Shown here piece after piece: positions 1 to 12,500 of a stretch of 64,000 nt of DNA. This DNA is from Raja brachyura. Taxonomy: Eukaryota. A program made the translations under genes and the position numbers. Under the pieces are notes generated by a model. It was not told where the DNA came from. It made no database searches and saw nothing but the letters and a program-made list of their open reading frames with translations. Positions within the stretch are counted from its first letter, which is position 1. Each line of letters opens with the position of its first letter. The DNA lies in the NCBI GenBank assembly GCA_963514005.1, contig OY740804.1, forward strand, positions 5,270,001 to 5,334,000. Direction: 5' to 3'.

Positions 1-314
1 TCACAAGTTCACACATTCCAGGAGTGGAATTTGGCCATTCAGCCCATTGAGTCTACTCAGCCATTCAAACATGGCTGATCTCTGCCTCCTAATCCCATAC
101 AAGTTCAGACACAGTGTGCCCGCATTTGGGGGAGGGGGGTGAGGGGGTGGGCAAGGGAATGTTTGCGGTGGTGGACAGAGTGCCAGTCAAGCGGGCAAAC
201 GTCACCAGGATGAAGCAGAGCTTCGAGGAGATGCTCCAATCCAGGCAACAGGAGAGCATTGCAGCGCACTCCTGATAGGTGCGTTGTGCGTGGTGAGGAG
301 GCTGGGGGAGGTGG

Positions 315-410
315 CAAGTGAGTCACCAAGTTAGTCTCGAACCACTGCAAAGTCGTTTCCTGAGCAAACGGAAATTGACTGTTTGACTTCTGTTGTGAAT
401 GAGGAAGAGG
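315..410 (+). promoter_or_regulatory. Putative gene 1 proximal promoter: AP-1 TGAGTCA (319-325) and ETS-like GGAA cores
   Basis: Motif matches 50-140 nt upstream of ATG 460; motif match only. Confidence 0.3.
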
Positions 411-459
411 ACAACTCAAACGCAGTGCAGGGACCAAACCGATCCAACGCAGCCGAGAC

Positions 460-556
460 ATGGCGGTGGGACAGGGAGAATTCACCCACCAGAAACGGCC
501 CAGATCCAGGGGAACAGTCGCTCTGTTGGTTCTTGTCGCTGTTGGTCTCACATCAG
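460..556 (+). CDS. Gene 1 exon 1, signal peptide (MAVGQGEFTHQKRPRSRGTVALLVLVAVGLTS)
   Basis: ATG at 460 (gacATGg), hydrophobic core VALLVLVAVGL, phase-1 donor CAG/gtaaat at 556/557 matching the Ig exon phase. Not in the ORF track. Confidence 0.75.
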
Positions 557-3500
557 GTAAATCGTTGTTTTACAAAATGCTCTGTTCTTTAGAATTATTT
601 ACCAGCGCCTTGAATTATTTGTAACCACAGACCTCTCTGTACTGTGTGGGGAGCTGATGATAAATTGCTCAATGCTCGTTAGTTCCTGTAGAGACTTCCA
701 TCAGCGGTTGTTGTCGTGTTGTGTGCAGCCAAATGGCACACAGCTAGCTCCCTGTGGAGAAGGGGGATAACTATCTACAGCTTGCCTTGTGGACCTCACT
801 GAAACTTACCGAATAGTGAAAGGCCTGGATAGAGTGGATGGGGTGGGGATGTTTCCGCTAGTGGGAGAGTCTAGGACCAGAGGTCGCAGCCTCAGAATTA
901 AAAGACATTCCTTTTGGAAGGATATGAGGGGGAATTTATTTATTCAATGGTGGTGAAACCGTGGAATTCATTGCCACAGAATGCTGTGGAGGCTGTCAAT
1001 AGATATTTCCAAGGCAGAGATAAATAGATTCTTGTTTAGTACAGGTGTTAGGAGTACTTGGGAGAAGGCAGGAGGATTGAGTTGAAAGGGAAAGGTAGAT
1101 CAGCCATGATTGAATGGTGGAGATTAGACTTGATGGGCCAAATGGCCTAATTCTGCTCCTCGTACTAATGAACTTATGATCTGTTCTTCAGAATTATTTA
1201 CTAGCACCTTGAATTATTTTGAGCCACAGAGCAGACTACTGGGCTACGAGCTGCTAAAGATAAAGTGCTTGCAGGCTTGTTCTTTCCTGCACTAATGACT
1301 GTTGTGTAGCTGTGCGCAGCCAAATTGCTCACAGCTAACTCCCTGTAGAAAATGACCCGACTGCTGGCCTTGTTGATTATGTATGATGGGATAACTCTTG
1401 CCCCCAGAACAGAGAGTTTCCTCCACTATTCTGGTGCAAACTATCTCCAGGTGAACTTTCTCAGTGACTTGACAGCAGATCAGCTAAATGCTTTACCCCT
1501 TGCATATCTCTTGACTTCCTCCTTCCCTGACTGTTGGTCTGAAGAAGTGTCTCGACCCGAAACGTCACCCATTGCTTCTCTCCAGAGATGCCGCCTGACC
1601 CGCTGCGTTACTCCAGCATTTTGTGTCTATCAAAGACACACGGCACTCCCTCCACGCATTGCAATGGGAAATGTTGAACCTAAACCTCAGCACATTCAAA
1701 GAAAAAACCTGTGAAAGCCAGCCATTGGGTACAGGCGGGCATCTCAAATGAGGAAGCACCAGAGTGACTGTCCAATTTAGCATTTGGAGAAGTTGTGGTA
1801 AACTCTCCCTTCTGAGAAAAACCAGCTGCCTTACAACAGACTCTGCTGCTCGAGCTGTTCTCCACACCATGCTTTCCCCAGCCTCTGAGTTCTCATTCAA
1901 GGCATTTGTCTTGTGGCTTGTGAGCGGACCTGGACTGATCTGATAATGTGTCTCCACCCCAGCTCCTGAATCTGCAGAGTTTCACATGTGTTAGAGTCAT
2001 AGAGTGATACAGTGTGGAAACAGGCCCTTCAGCCCAACGTGCCCACACCGGCCAACATGTCTCAGCAACACTAGTCCCACCTGTCCACGTTTGGTCCGTG
2101 TCCCATCAAACCTGTCCTATCCATGTACCTGTCTAAGTGTTTCTTAAATGATGGGATAGTCCCTGCCTCAACTACCTCCTCTAGAGCTGGTGTTATTCAG
2201 TAGGTCAGGCAGTATCTCATGGTCTTGACTTGAAACGTCAATGTTCTCCACAGATGCTGCCTGACCTACTCATTCACCACAGGCAACTGGCTATTCAGCT
2301 TTAGTAAAACACAAAGTGCTGGAGTAACACTGCAGGTCAAGCTGCATCTCTTGGTGATTTTCCTTTAGTGACTTTAGACATACAGCACGGAAACAGGCCC
2401 TTTGGCCCATCAAGTCCATGCCGTCCAGTGATCACCTGACACACTAACACTACCCTACACACGAGGAGCAAATTACAATTTTAACTGAAGCCAATTAACC
2501 TACAAACCTGCACGTCTTTGGAGTGTGGGAGGAAACTGGAGCACCCGGAGAAAGCCCGCGCTGTCACGGGGAGAACGTACAAACTCCATACAGACAGCAC
2601 CCGAGGTCAGGGTCAAACATGGGTCTCTGGCGCTGTTAGGCAGCAACTCTACCCCTGTGCCTCCATGTCTCTACCCGTAACGTTACCTATCCAAGTTCTC
2701 CAGCGATGTTGCCTGACCCGCTGAGCCATCACAGGCAGCTGGCTAAGCAGCTTTAGTAAAGCACAAAGTGCTGGAGTAAATCAGCAGGACAGACAGCATC
2801 TCTGGAGAACATGGATAGGTGACGTTTAGGGTTGGGACCTGAATAAGCGGTAGGCCATTTAGGACTCAGATGAGGAACAACCTTTTCACCCAGAGAGTTC
2901 CACTTTCTCCAGAGATAGTTCCTGACCCGTTGAGTTACTCCAGCACTTTGTGCCCTTTTGTGTATTAACCAGCATCTGCAGTTCCTTGTTTCTACTAGTT
3001 CAATGGGGAAGTGGGTTGTAGTGAGATTGAACACTGGGTGGGTCAGAGTTAGTGACACGTTGGCTTCCTGTCACATGACCACCACTCAGGTCAAGCCACG
3101 CCCACAGGGAAGGAGGATCTGGGCGCCAGGTAGATTCAGGAGCAGTTCTGCTTTCACTGGAACTTGGGGAGCAATCCCGGTGAAATGGGAATTAACACCA
3201 GCGGGAAAAGCATTAAATTGCAACAGGATCTATGCAAAAGAAGAGAGACACAAAATGCCTGAGTAACTCAGCGGGACGGGCAGCATCTCTGGAGAGAAGG
3301 AATGGGTGAGGAAACATCACCCGTTGGTTTCTCCAGAGATGCTGCCTGTCCCGCTGAGTTACTCCAGCTCTTTGTGTCTATCTTTGGAGTAAACCAGCAC
3401 CTGCACTTCTTTACTACACATGATCTCAACAGCACAATGACATGTTTTTTATTGTTAAATCTCAGCTTGTGTTGCTGCAGTGTGAGTGATCTTTCATCAT

Positions 3501-6500
3501 TAATGTGCCCACAGGGTCAAGTGGAATAACTGGACCCAAGGAGGTGAGCGGAGAGTTGGGGCAGTCAGTCACTATGGGATGTCAGTATGGTCGGGAATAC
3601 AGAGACAACAGGAAGCGATGGAGGAAAGGTGATTATTACGTGTCATCTGATATCGTGGTTTCTACTGATGACCCACGACAAGGGAGAACATCGATGACTG
3701 ATTACAAAACACAACAGATAGTTTCAGTAACCATCAACAACCTGGAGAAGAGTGATGAAGGACTCTACTGGTGCGAGATAGACATATCATTAAACTTCGA
3801 TGAAAAGACCTCCATCTCATTGAAGGTTTATAAAGGTACGTTGACGATCTCTCCTCACTCTCCCAGATGTGAAAATGCCAGCCTGGGAATTCCCGGCCTC
3901 GGTCCTGACGGTGACTCGGTGCCACATCCCTGGGGGTCCGTGGGGGGGGGGGTGAGGGGTTTGGGGCAGGTGAGAGGGGGGTAGGGTGGAACCGCTGCAT
4001 GGGGCCACACCAGGAGCCCACTGTCCCAGGAGCAGTGTGTTTTTGGGGGTGGGGGGGGGTGGGGGGGGGGGTTCATCAATGGGGACCGGCGGTCCTGCTG
4101 CTGGCGCCTCATTTCTCCAAAGACAATCTCTTCGGGACCAGAACCTCTGCCGCCCCAGGGGCAGGGAGGGGGGGGCGGGGGGGGGGAAGGCCCCCTCATA
4201 CTCTCCCCCTGCCCATCACTGTCACACCCACCACTCACACAACATCTGAAGAAGGATCCCAACCCTATACATCGTCTATTCATTCCTTCCACAGATGCTG
4301 CCTGACCTGCTAAGTTACTCCAGCACTTTGTGTTTTGCTTAAGATTCCAGCACCTGCAATTCCTTGTGTCTCACAAACTTTGGTGATTCATGAGCTCAGT
4401 TTATTGTTGTCGTCTGTACCGACGTACAGGGAAAAGCTTTTACCATGTTTCCAATGAGGGCCAAGTCATTGGGTATTTTTAAGGTGGAGATTAACAGGTT
4501 CTACATTAGTACGGGAGTCAAGCGATATGGGAAGAAGGCAGGAGAATGGGGTTGAGAGGGAGAGATACTGTAGATCAGCCATGATTGAATGGCGATGTAG
4601 ACAAAAATGGGCCAAATGGCCTCATTCTGCCCCTATCACATGAACATGACCGTAGAATCCGCATGAGATGAGTGATATAGACTTTACACTGAGCCACACA
4701 AACTGTACAAGATGAGATACTCAACGGGTCGGGCAGCATCTGTGGAGAGAGAACGAGAGTTAATGTTTCAGGTAGATACCTCCAACCAAATTGCATTATT
4801 TCCAATTCAGTCCGCGTAACGCAAATAGCCCATGGAACCTCACGCTCCCAAGTTCTTGTCTAACTTAGAAGACATGTGCCTTACTCCAGCAGCAGGAAGA
4901 TAACACAACCTGTGGGACTCTGAAGGGCATGAAAGAAGTCTCTCAATGCTTGCGACCATCCGGTGGCATCTTATTGGGTGAGCCTCCAGTCTAGATCAAG
5001 AGGCTTGGTCCATCTATGGTGGCCTCAGAAGGATCCTTTGCCCAATTGTCTGGAGTAGGATTCAAACAAAGAATCTCCCCACACTCCACTAAAGTGGCAC
5101 AGAACGTCCTTTCAGACATTTAATGTTCAAAAACTTCATTTTCTTTATCTCCACAAGGGTCCCAAACACACCGCCCAGACATGGTCACCACCACCTCTAC
5201 AACAATAAGCACAAGGGCTTCCACCACAACCACTCTGACCACGCTGACTCAAGATGCACCAACCACAAAGGAAGCAAGTTCCACTGAGGCTAACAAAAGT
5301 GCTGGAGAAACTCAGCGGGTGCAGCAGCATCTATGGACCGAAACAAGTTCCACTGAGGCTTCTGGTTCAGCACCTCCAAACAGGTTAGAAACTCGAAGAG
5401 CCAACTCAACCTCACCCGAGAACAAATTAGTTAAGCTCAATTCAGCTTGGTTTAAAGATACAGCGTGGAAATGGGCCCTTTGGCCCACCGAGTCAGCTCT
5501 GAGCAGCGATCACCCCATACACCAGTTCTGTTCTACACACTAGGGACAATGTACAGAAGCCAATTAACCTACAAACCCGCACGTCTTAGGACTGTGGGAG
5601 CAAACCGGAGAACCTGGAAAAAACTTGCGATCACAGGGAGAATGTACAAACTCTGTTCAGACGGAACCGGTTGTCAGGATCGAACCCGGGTCTCCTGCAC
5701 TGTGAGGCAGCAACTCTACCACTGCGCCACTGTGCCAACCCATAATGGTCAGCATGGTCTCAATGGGCCAAAGGGCCTGTTCCCATGTCATATATATCTA
5801 AACTCTAAACTACTTTATAGTTCCTTAAATACCAATAGAATTATTCACAATGTTCTAGAATTTAACCTGCACTGCATTCAAGTCTAGTTCCATATTTTTA
5901 CTTATCGGATCGAAACGCATGGTTTGTTACTGGGGAGGGAATCAGTCCTATTACTATGAGCTCTTCATTGGTTTTTCTTGTATTTTTCAGGCAGGCAGTT
6001 ACATTTCCATGGCAGGTTGTTCTATCGATTGCCTTGACAATTGTCTTTCTTTTGTTCATTGCTGCCATTATCCTATGTGTAAAAATAAGGCAGAAAAAGA
6101 AAACTGGTAAGTCCCGTTGAATGTACGTAAATATCAAGGGACACTCTTGTTGATGAACAAAGTTTGGCACTTCTCTCTGAGGCGTCTTTCACAAACTCAG
6201 ACCATTCACCTAGCGTATAACAGCAGGGAAAGACACCAAGTGCCGGAGTAACTCAGCGGGTCAGGCAGCATCTCTGGAGAACATGGACAGGGGACATTTC
6301 AGGGCGGCACAGTGGCAAAGCGGGAGAGTTGCTGCCTTACAACGGCAGACACCCGGGTTCGATCTTGACAAATGGTGCTGTCTGTGTGGAGTTTGTACGT
6401 TCTCCCTGTGAGCGTGTGGGTTTACACCAGAGAGACAGGCCCTTTGGCCCAACTCGTCCTTACTGACGCCCAAGGTGCTTCCCTACGCTAGTCCCACTTA

Positions 6501-9500
6501 CCTGTGCTTGTCCCACATCACTCTTAAAGCTTTCTTCTCCATGTATCTCTCCAAATGTCTTTTAAACGCTGGAATTGGACTTGCCTTTACCACTTCCTCT
6601 GTCGGTTTGATCCGTGTGATGAGAGTGGTCAAATCTGGGGTGAATTGACAGGAAGATGGGACGAATATAATGGGATTGTGGAGATGAATGGAAATGGATG
6701 CTTGATGGGCCAGCATGAGCTCAAAGGGCCAAAGGGCCTGCTTCCATACTGACGGTTCTGTGAAAACCATCTGGTTGGAAGCTGCAATAATATGCAGAAG
6801 TGTGTCAATCTTATCCAGATTGAACAAGAATGTTTTCATCTGCAAATGGTGCAGAGGAAGTGATGGCCACAGGAAGCCAGGAGACGATTGAGATCTTTCA
6901 GAAGCAGAAGGAGACAAACATATTTCCCAACAGGTTCAGACGTCGACGTCCTGTTATTTAGCTTAGTGATGACACGTGAACCCACTGAATCTCCATGCAG
7001 TGAAATTATCCGGAAATTGTAAAGCCGTTTTGAATTAGAACCCTTGGAAACACCCAGGAGCGGTGGAGGTAAGATCTGCAGGAGGAAGGCAGGAGAGATG
7101 ACTGATGACAACTTTGCTGAATTCATCAAGTCATAGAATTATACAGCACTGGCCATGCACTGAAGTTTAAATGTGTTCTGCTCCTTCCCTGTTCACAATC
7201 TAATGCTTCACACCAGAAACATGGCTCAGCTCATTTCTCAATGACTAAATGAGTATTTGGTTTAGTTTAAGAAAGAACTGCAGATGCTGGAGAAATCGAA
7301 GGTAGACAAAAATGCTGGAGGAATACAGTGGGTGAGGCAGCATCTATGGAGCGAAGGAATAGGTGACGTTTCGGGTCGAGACCCTTGAATTAGAAGGGTC
7401 CCGACCCGAAACGTCACCTATTCCTTCTCTCCATAGATGCCGCCTTACCCGCTCAGTCCCTCCAGCATTTTTGTCTACCTTTGGTTTAGCTTAGTTTAGT
7501 TTAGAGATAAACCATAAAAACTTCGGCCAAATAGTCCACACCAACCACCAATTATCCGCACTCTAGTCGTAGAGTCATACAGCATGGAAACAGGCAACTT
7601 CGGCGCAACCGACCAACATGCTCCATCTACACTCGTCCCACCTGCCTGCATTTGCCCATATCCCTCCAAACCTGTCCTATCCATGTACCTGCCTTAATGT
7701 TTCTTAAACGTTGTGATAGAATTGAAGACTGTGCAGTGTTTCAATTTCGGAACATATTTGTTTTGCTTAGTTGGTAGATGGAGCATGGAAACAGGCCCGT
7801 CGACCCACCAGGTCCACGCCGAACATTGATCATCCATTCACACTAGTTCTACATTATCCCACTTTCTCATCCATGTCCTGCACCCTGGGGGCAATCAACA
7901 GATTTGCAGCAGTCCAAGAATGTGGTTCACCAGCATCTTTGCATGGTTTTTGTTGCATTGACCACTTCTGAGGTCGCTCCCTGTTATGTCAGTTCCATTT
8001 TCATGGCCAAAGTGTTACAACGCAGGCCAGGCATGGTGACTATTCTCATCGTCGCCATGGCCTCTTGCTCATTGTGTACAAGCAACAGGAGAGATTTTGC
8101 TAATTTTAGTCTCAAATGAAAATGAAGTGTAGGTAAGGTTTGGGCATCTGTAGCCAGACAGGGTGTTTGACGAAAGAAAGCAGCAGAGAACTTAAGCAGA
8201 GAATCAGGAGGGCTAAAAGGGGCCATCAAATGTCCTTCACGAAAACAGACACAAAAATTGTTCCTAGTGTGTAGGATAGTGCCAGTGTACGGGGTGATCG
8301 CTGGTCGGCGTGGACTCGGTGTATCTCTAAGTCTAAAGATGTAAACAAAGCATCTAATCCCCTTCCTTATGGAAGCACCAACTACCCGTACACTAGTTCT
8401 ATTCTACACACCAGGAAACCATTTAATGCACAAACCTACACATCCTTGGTATGTGATGGGAAACCGGAGCACCCACGTGGTCACGGGGAGAATGCACCGA
8501 CTTGTACAGACAGCATCCATAGTGAGGATCGAACCCGGGACTCTGGTGCTGTGAGGCAGCAACTCTACCGCTGGGCCACTGTGCTGCAATTAATAATAAT
8601 AATAATACTAATAATCAATTTATTTGTACAGCAATTTTAAAACAACTCACTTTGACCAAAGTGCTTCACATCAGTGCAGGTACTAATGTGATACATACAA
8701 CCGGTGGACAGACCTGACAAAACATACATAAACTGTTGACAGCGCCCCCTCAGAGGGGCTCAAAAACAGTAGAAATAGGTTTTGAGTCATGACTTAAAGG
8801 AGTCGATGGTGGGGGCAGTTGTGATGAGGAGCGGGATGCTATTCCACAGTCTAGGTGCTGCAACCGCAAAAGCGCGGTCACCCCTGAGCTTAAACCTGGA
8901 CCGCGGGATAGTCAGTAGCCCCAAGTCGGCCGACCTGAGGGTCGGAGGCATTCCCCTGCTACTTTTCCTCAATGCAATAGATTATATTAGATAGACACAT
9001 CTGTAAATAAGCGATCCACACACTCTTGAAGTGTATAGCATCCTTTAATAATGGCACAGGGTATAACACACGTCAGCAAGCACTGGTTACATTCTGTTAC
9101 TGAACTATACCCAGGGAGGGGAAAGCGCTATGATTGATGTTAACTACGGCGGGGTTATTGGTACTGAGGTAGCTATATTATTGTCAAGTCAAAGTCAAAG
9201 TAAACTTTATTGTCAATTCAAATAATGCAACAAGTAGTTACACAGAGGATTGAAATTGCGTTTCCCCATACTCCAAATGTGCAAGTAATATTTATAACAC
9301 AGACAGACAATATACCATTTTGAGGTATGTTATTAAGGTGCAATAATAAAAGGTACAATATAGAAAAGTGCAAATAGCATACTGCAGACATTGAGTTAAA
9401 GTTATTTGACAGTCAGTTGGTCTTTGTTTGTGTAATGTTCATGGAATTTTCTTGAGTGAGTTGTGTAGTCTGATGGCCTGAGGGAAAAAGCTGTTTTTGA

Positions 9501-12500
9501 ATCTGGTGGTTTTGCGGTGGCGTTTGCCGGATGGAAGGGGGGTGAACAGTTTGTGTGCTGGATGGGTGGTGTCTTTGATGATGTTGGTTGCTCTCTCGCG
9601 ACGGCGAGATGGGTATAAGTCCTGGATTGCTGGTTGGGGTGATCTGGTGATCTTCTCCGCTGTCCTCACCACTCTCTGTAGGGCCTTCTGGTCAGCAGCA
9701 GAGCAACTGCCATACCAGACTGAGAGACTACTGGTAAGAATGCTCTCAATGGCACCCCTGTAAAAGGTGGTGAGGGCAGAAGGGGGGAAGGTCGGCTCTC
9801 CTCATCCGTCGAAGGAAGTGGAGGCGTTGCTGTGCTTTCTTGACTAGGGAGATGGTGTTGGTGGACCATGTCTGATCATCTGTGATGTGCACTCCCAGGA
9901 ACTTGGTGCTTTTCACAATCTCCACTGCACTGCCATTGATGGTGAGTGGGGTGTGTGCTGTCTGTTTCTTCCTGAAGTCCACAGTTATTTCTTTTTATTG
10001 ACATTGAGTTTAAGGTTATTGATGTCACACCAGTTGATGAGTTGTTGAACCTCCGCTCTGTAGGCTGAGTCGTCATCGTGGCTGATGAGGCCCACTACTG
10101 TAGTGCCATCTGCGAACTTGATGATGTGATTCGAATTGTGTTTGGCACAACAGTCATGTGTCATCAGCGTGAACAACAGAGGGTTCAGCACACATCCCTG
10201 TGGGACCCCGGTGTTCATGATGGTGGTCTCTGATGAGTTTTTGCCAACTCTTACTGTCTGTGGTCTGTCGGTAAGGAAGTCCAGTAACCAGTTGCATAGT
10301 GGGGTGCTGATGCCTATTTCGCCGAGTTTATTGACCAGGTGTTGGGGGATGACTGTGTTGAAGGCGGAGCTGAAGTCGATAAACAGCATCCGCACGTAAC
10401 TGTTATTGTTTTCCAGATGAGCCAGGCTTAGGTGGAGTGATGTTGCTATGGCATCATCAGTGGAACGGTTGGGACGATATGCAAACTTGACCAATCTTTC
10501 AAAGCACTTCATCATGATGGACGTGAGTGCTATGGGCCGGTAATCGTTCAGTGTTGAGGCTGGAGATTTCTTAGGTAACGGTATGATGGTGGTGTCTTTG
10601 AAGCATGCTGGTATGATGGCTTGGCTCAGAGAGGTGTTGAAGATGTCCGTGAGAACATCTGTGAGTTGGTCAGCACAGTCTCTGAGCACACGCCCCGGTA
10701 TGTTGTCAGGACCTGCAGCTTTTCTGGGGTTCACCTTGAGTAGGGTCCTCCGCACATCAACTGGGTCCAGGTGAAGTGTTTCATGGTCTGGGCAGGGAGG
10801 GGCTTTTGTTGGTGTGGTGGTGTTGTCTTCCTCAAACTGGTTGAAGAAGGTGTTAAGTGTGTTGAGGAAGTCTGCGTTGTCCTCGCACGGTAGGGGTGTT
10901 GGCCTGTAGCCGGTGACATACTGGATGCCTTGCCACAGGCGCTTGGGGTCCTTAGTGTCTGTGAAGTGTGCTTGAATTTTCTGTCCATAGACACGCTTGG
11001 CTGTTCTCCCACCCCGGTTCAAGTTGGCCCTAGCAGTACTAAAGGCGTCTTTGTCCCCGGACTTGAAAGCAGCATTCCGTGCCTTCAGGAGCTCACGTAC
11101 CGCCCTGGTGAACCAGGGTTTGTTGTTGGCCCTCGTGGTGATGTTTTTGATGACGGTCGCATCTTTCATGGATTTGAATATATATCCAGTCACAGATTCA
11201 GTGTATTCCGTCAAGTTGACATGATGGTTGGTAGTGGCAGCCTCCCTAAAAACGGTCCAATCTGTGCAGTCGAAACAGTCTTTGAGAGCTGAGGTGGCTC
11301 CCTCTGGCCATGCTCTGATCTGCATCACAGATATTGGTTGCATGCATAAACCATCTACATCCCTCCACTTAGAAAATCAAAACAGATCAGAAGTCATGAC
11401 AACAGAATTAAAGAAAATCACCATAACGAACAGGTGGCTTTCTAATCCAGCCCGAGCGCGTACGGATGTCTCCCCCTTCCCCCGAACGATTAGAAGAAAC
11501 AGCCGGGGAACCAGAGAAAGGCGGTGGGGTAGGAGAAGCAGGAGAGACAGAACCGCGACCGCCAACAGGAGACCCGCGCAAAGTAGAACAGGGCGCGCGA
11601 GATGGGGATCGAGGCATGCAGGGAACACGAGCTGGGACGGCAGCCGGCTGTTGATAAGAGAGGGGCGGGGCATAGGGGCCCGCAGGCTGCGGCTTCAGCT
11701 CATTCACAGCAAGCAGGCGTTGACGGCTTCTTCGGTAAATAGTTTCTTCAAAGTCGACCAGGTACGAACGAGGTGAATCGGCCGCCCCAACTACGGTGGC
11801 CAGACGGGAGTAACCACTGGTGGTCTGCAGGCGAACAACCTGTCCAGGCAACAGAGGATCGAGTGGTCTGCACGACCGATCGTGGGAACGCCGCTGGCTG
11901 CCATGTTTCTCTTGAATGCGCCTCTGCACGGACGCAGGCTCCAGCACCCGAGGTTGCAGCTGGCGCTGAGCAATCGGAATAATAGGTCTGGTTGTTCTGG
12001 ACATCAGACACTGAGCAGGGGACCCCATGGCCGGATCCCTGGAAATGTTCCTGAGGTTCAGGAGATCCAAATACAAGTCGGAGTTAGACAGTCGTGCCTG
12101 TTCCATAAAAAGCTTGGCGCTGCGGATGGCCCGTTCAGCAAGGCCATTGCTCTGTGGGTACTCTGGACTGCTGGTGAAATGCACGAAATTCCACTTATCA
12201 GCAAAAACTTTGAACTCTCGACTGGTAAACTGCCTTCCATTGTCAGTCTGCAACCGGACAGGAGACCCAAAAGTGGAGAAGTGTTTCCGCAGCTTACGGA
12301 TTACCATCTCCGACGTGAGGGATGTCAGCAAATCCACCTCGAACCAGTTGGAGTACGAGTCGACCAGGACAAGGTAGTGGTTACCACGCCACTCGAAGAT
12401 GTCGGCAGCCAGCGAGGACCAGGCCAAGGCAGGAGCAGGTTGTTGCAGCAGGGGCTGTCGCTGCTGGTGTGGTGCAAGACTGTTGCACGTGGAGCAGGCA

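Noticed and set aside
105-551. 148-aa minus-strand ORF and 69-aa plus-strand ORF 383..592
   Set aside because: No recognisable domain; they overlap the gene 1 promoter/leader, whose phase-compatible frame starts at ATG 460.
7904-8229. Short ORFs on both strands in non-repeat-looking intron sequence
   Set aside because: No motif or splice support; gene 1 exons 4 and 5 join in frame without them.
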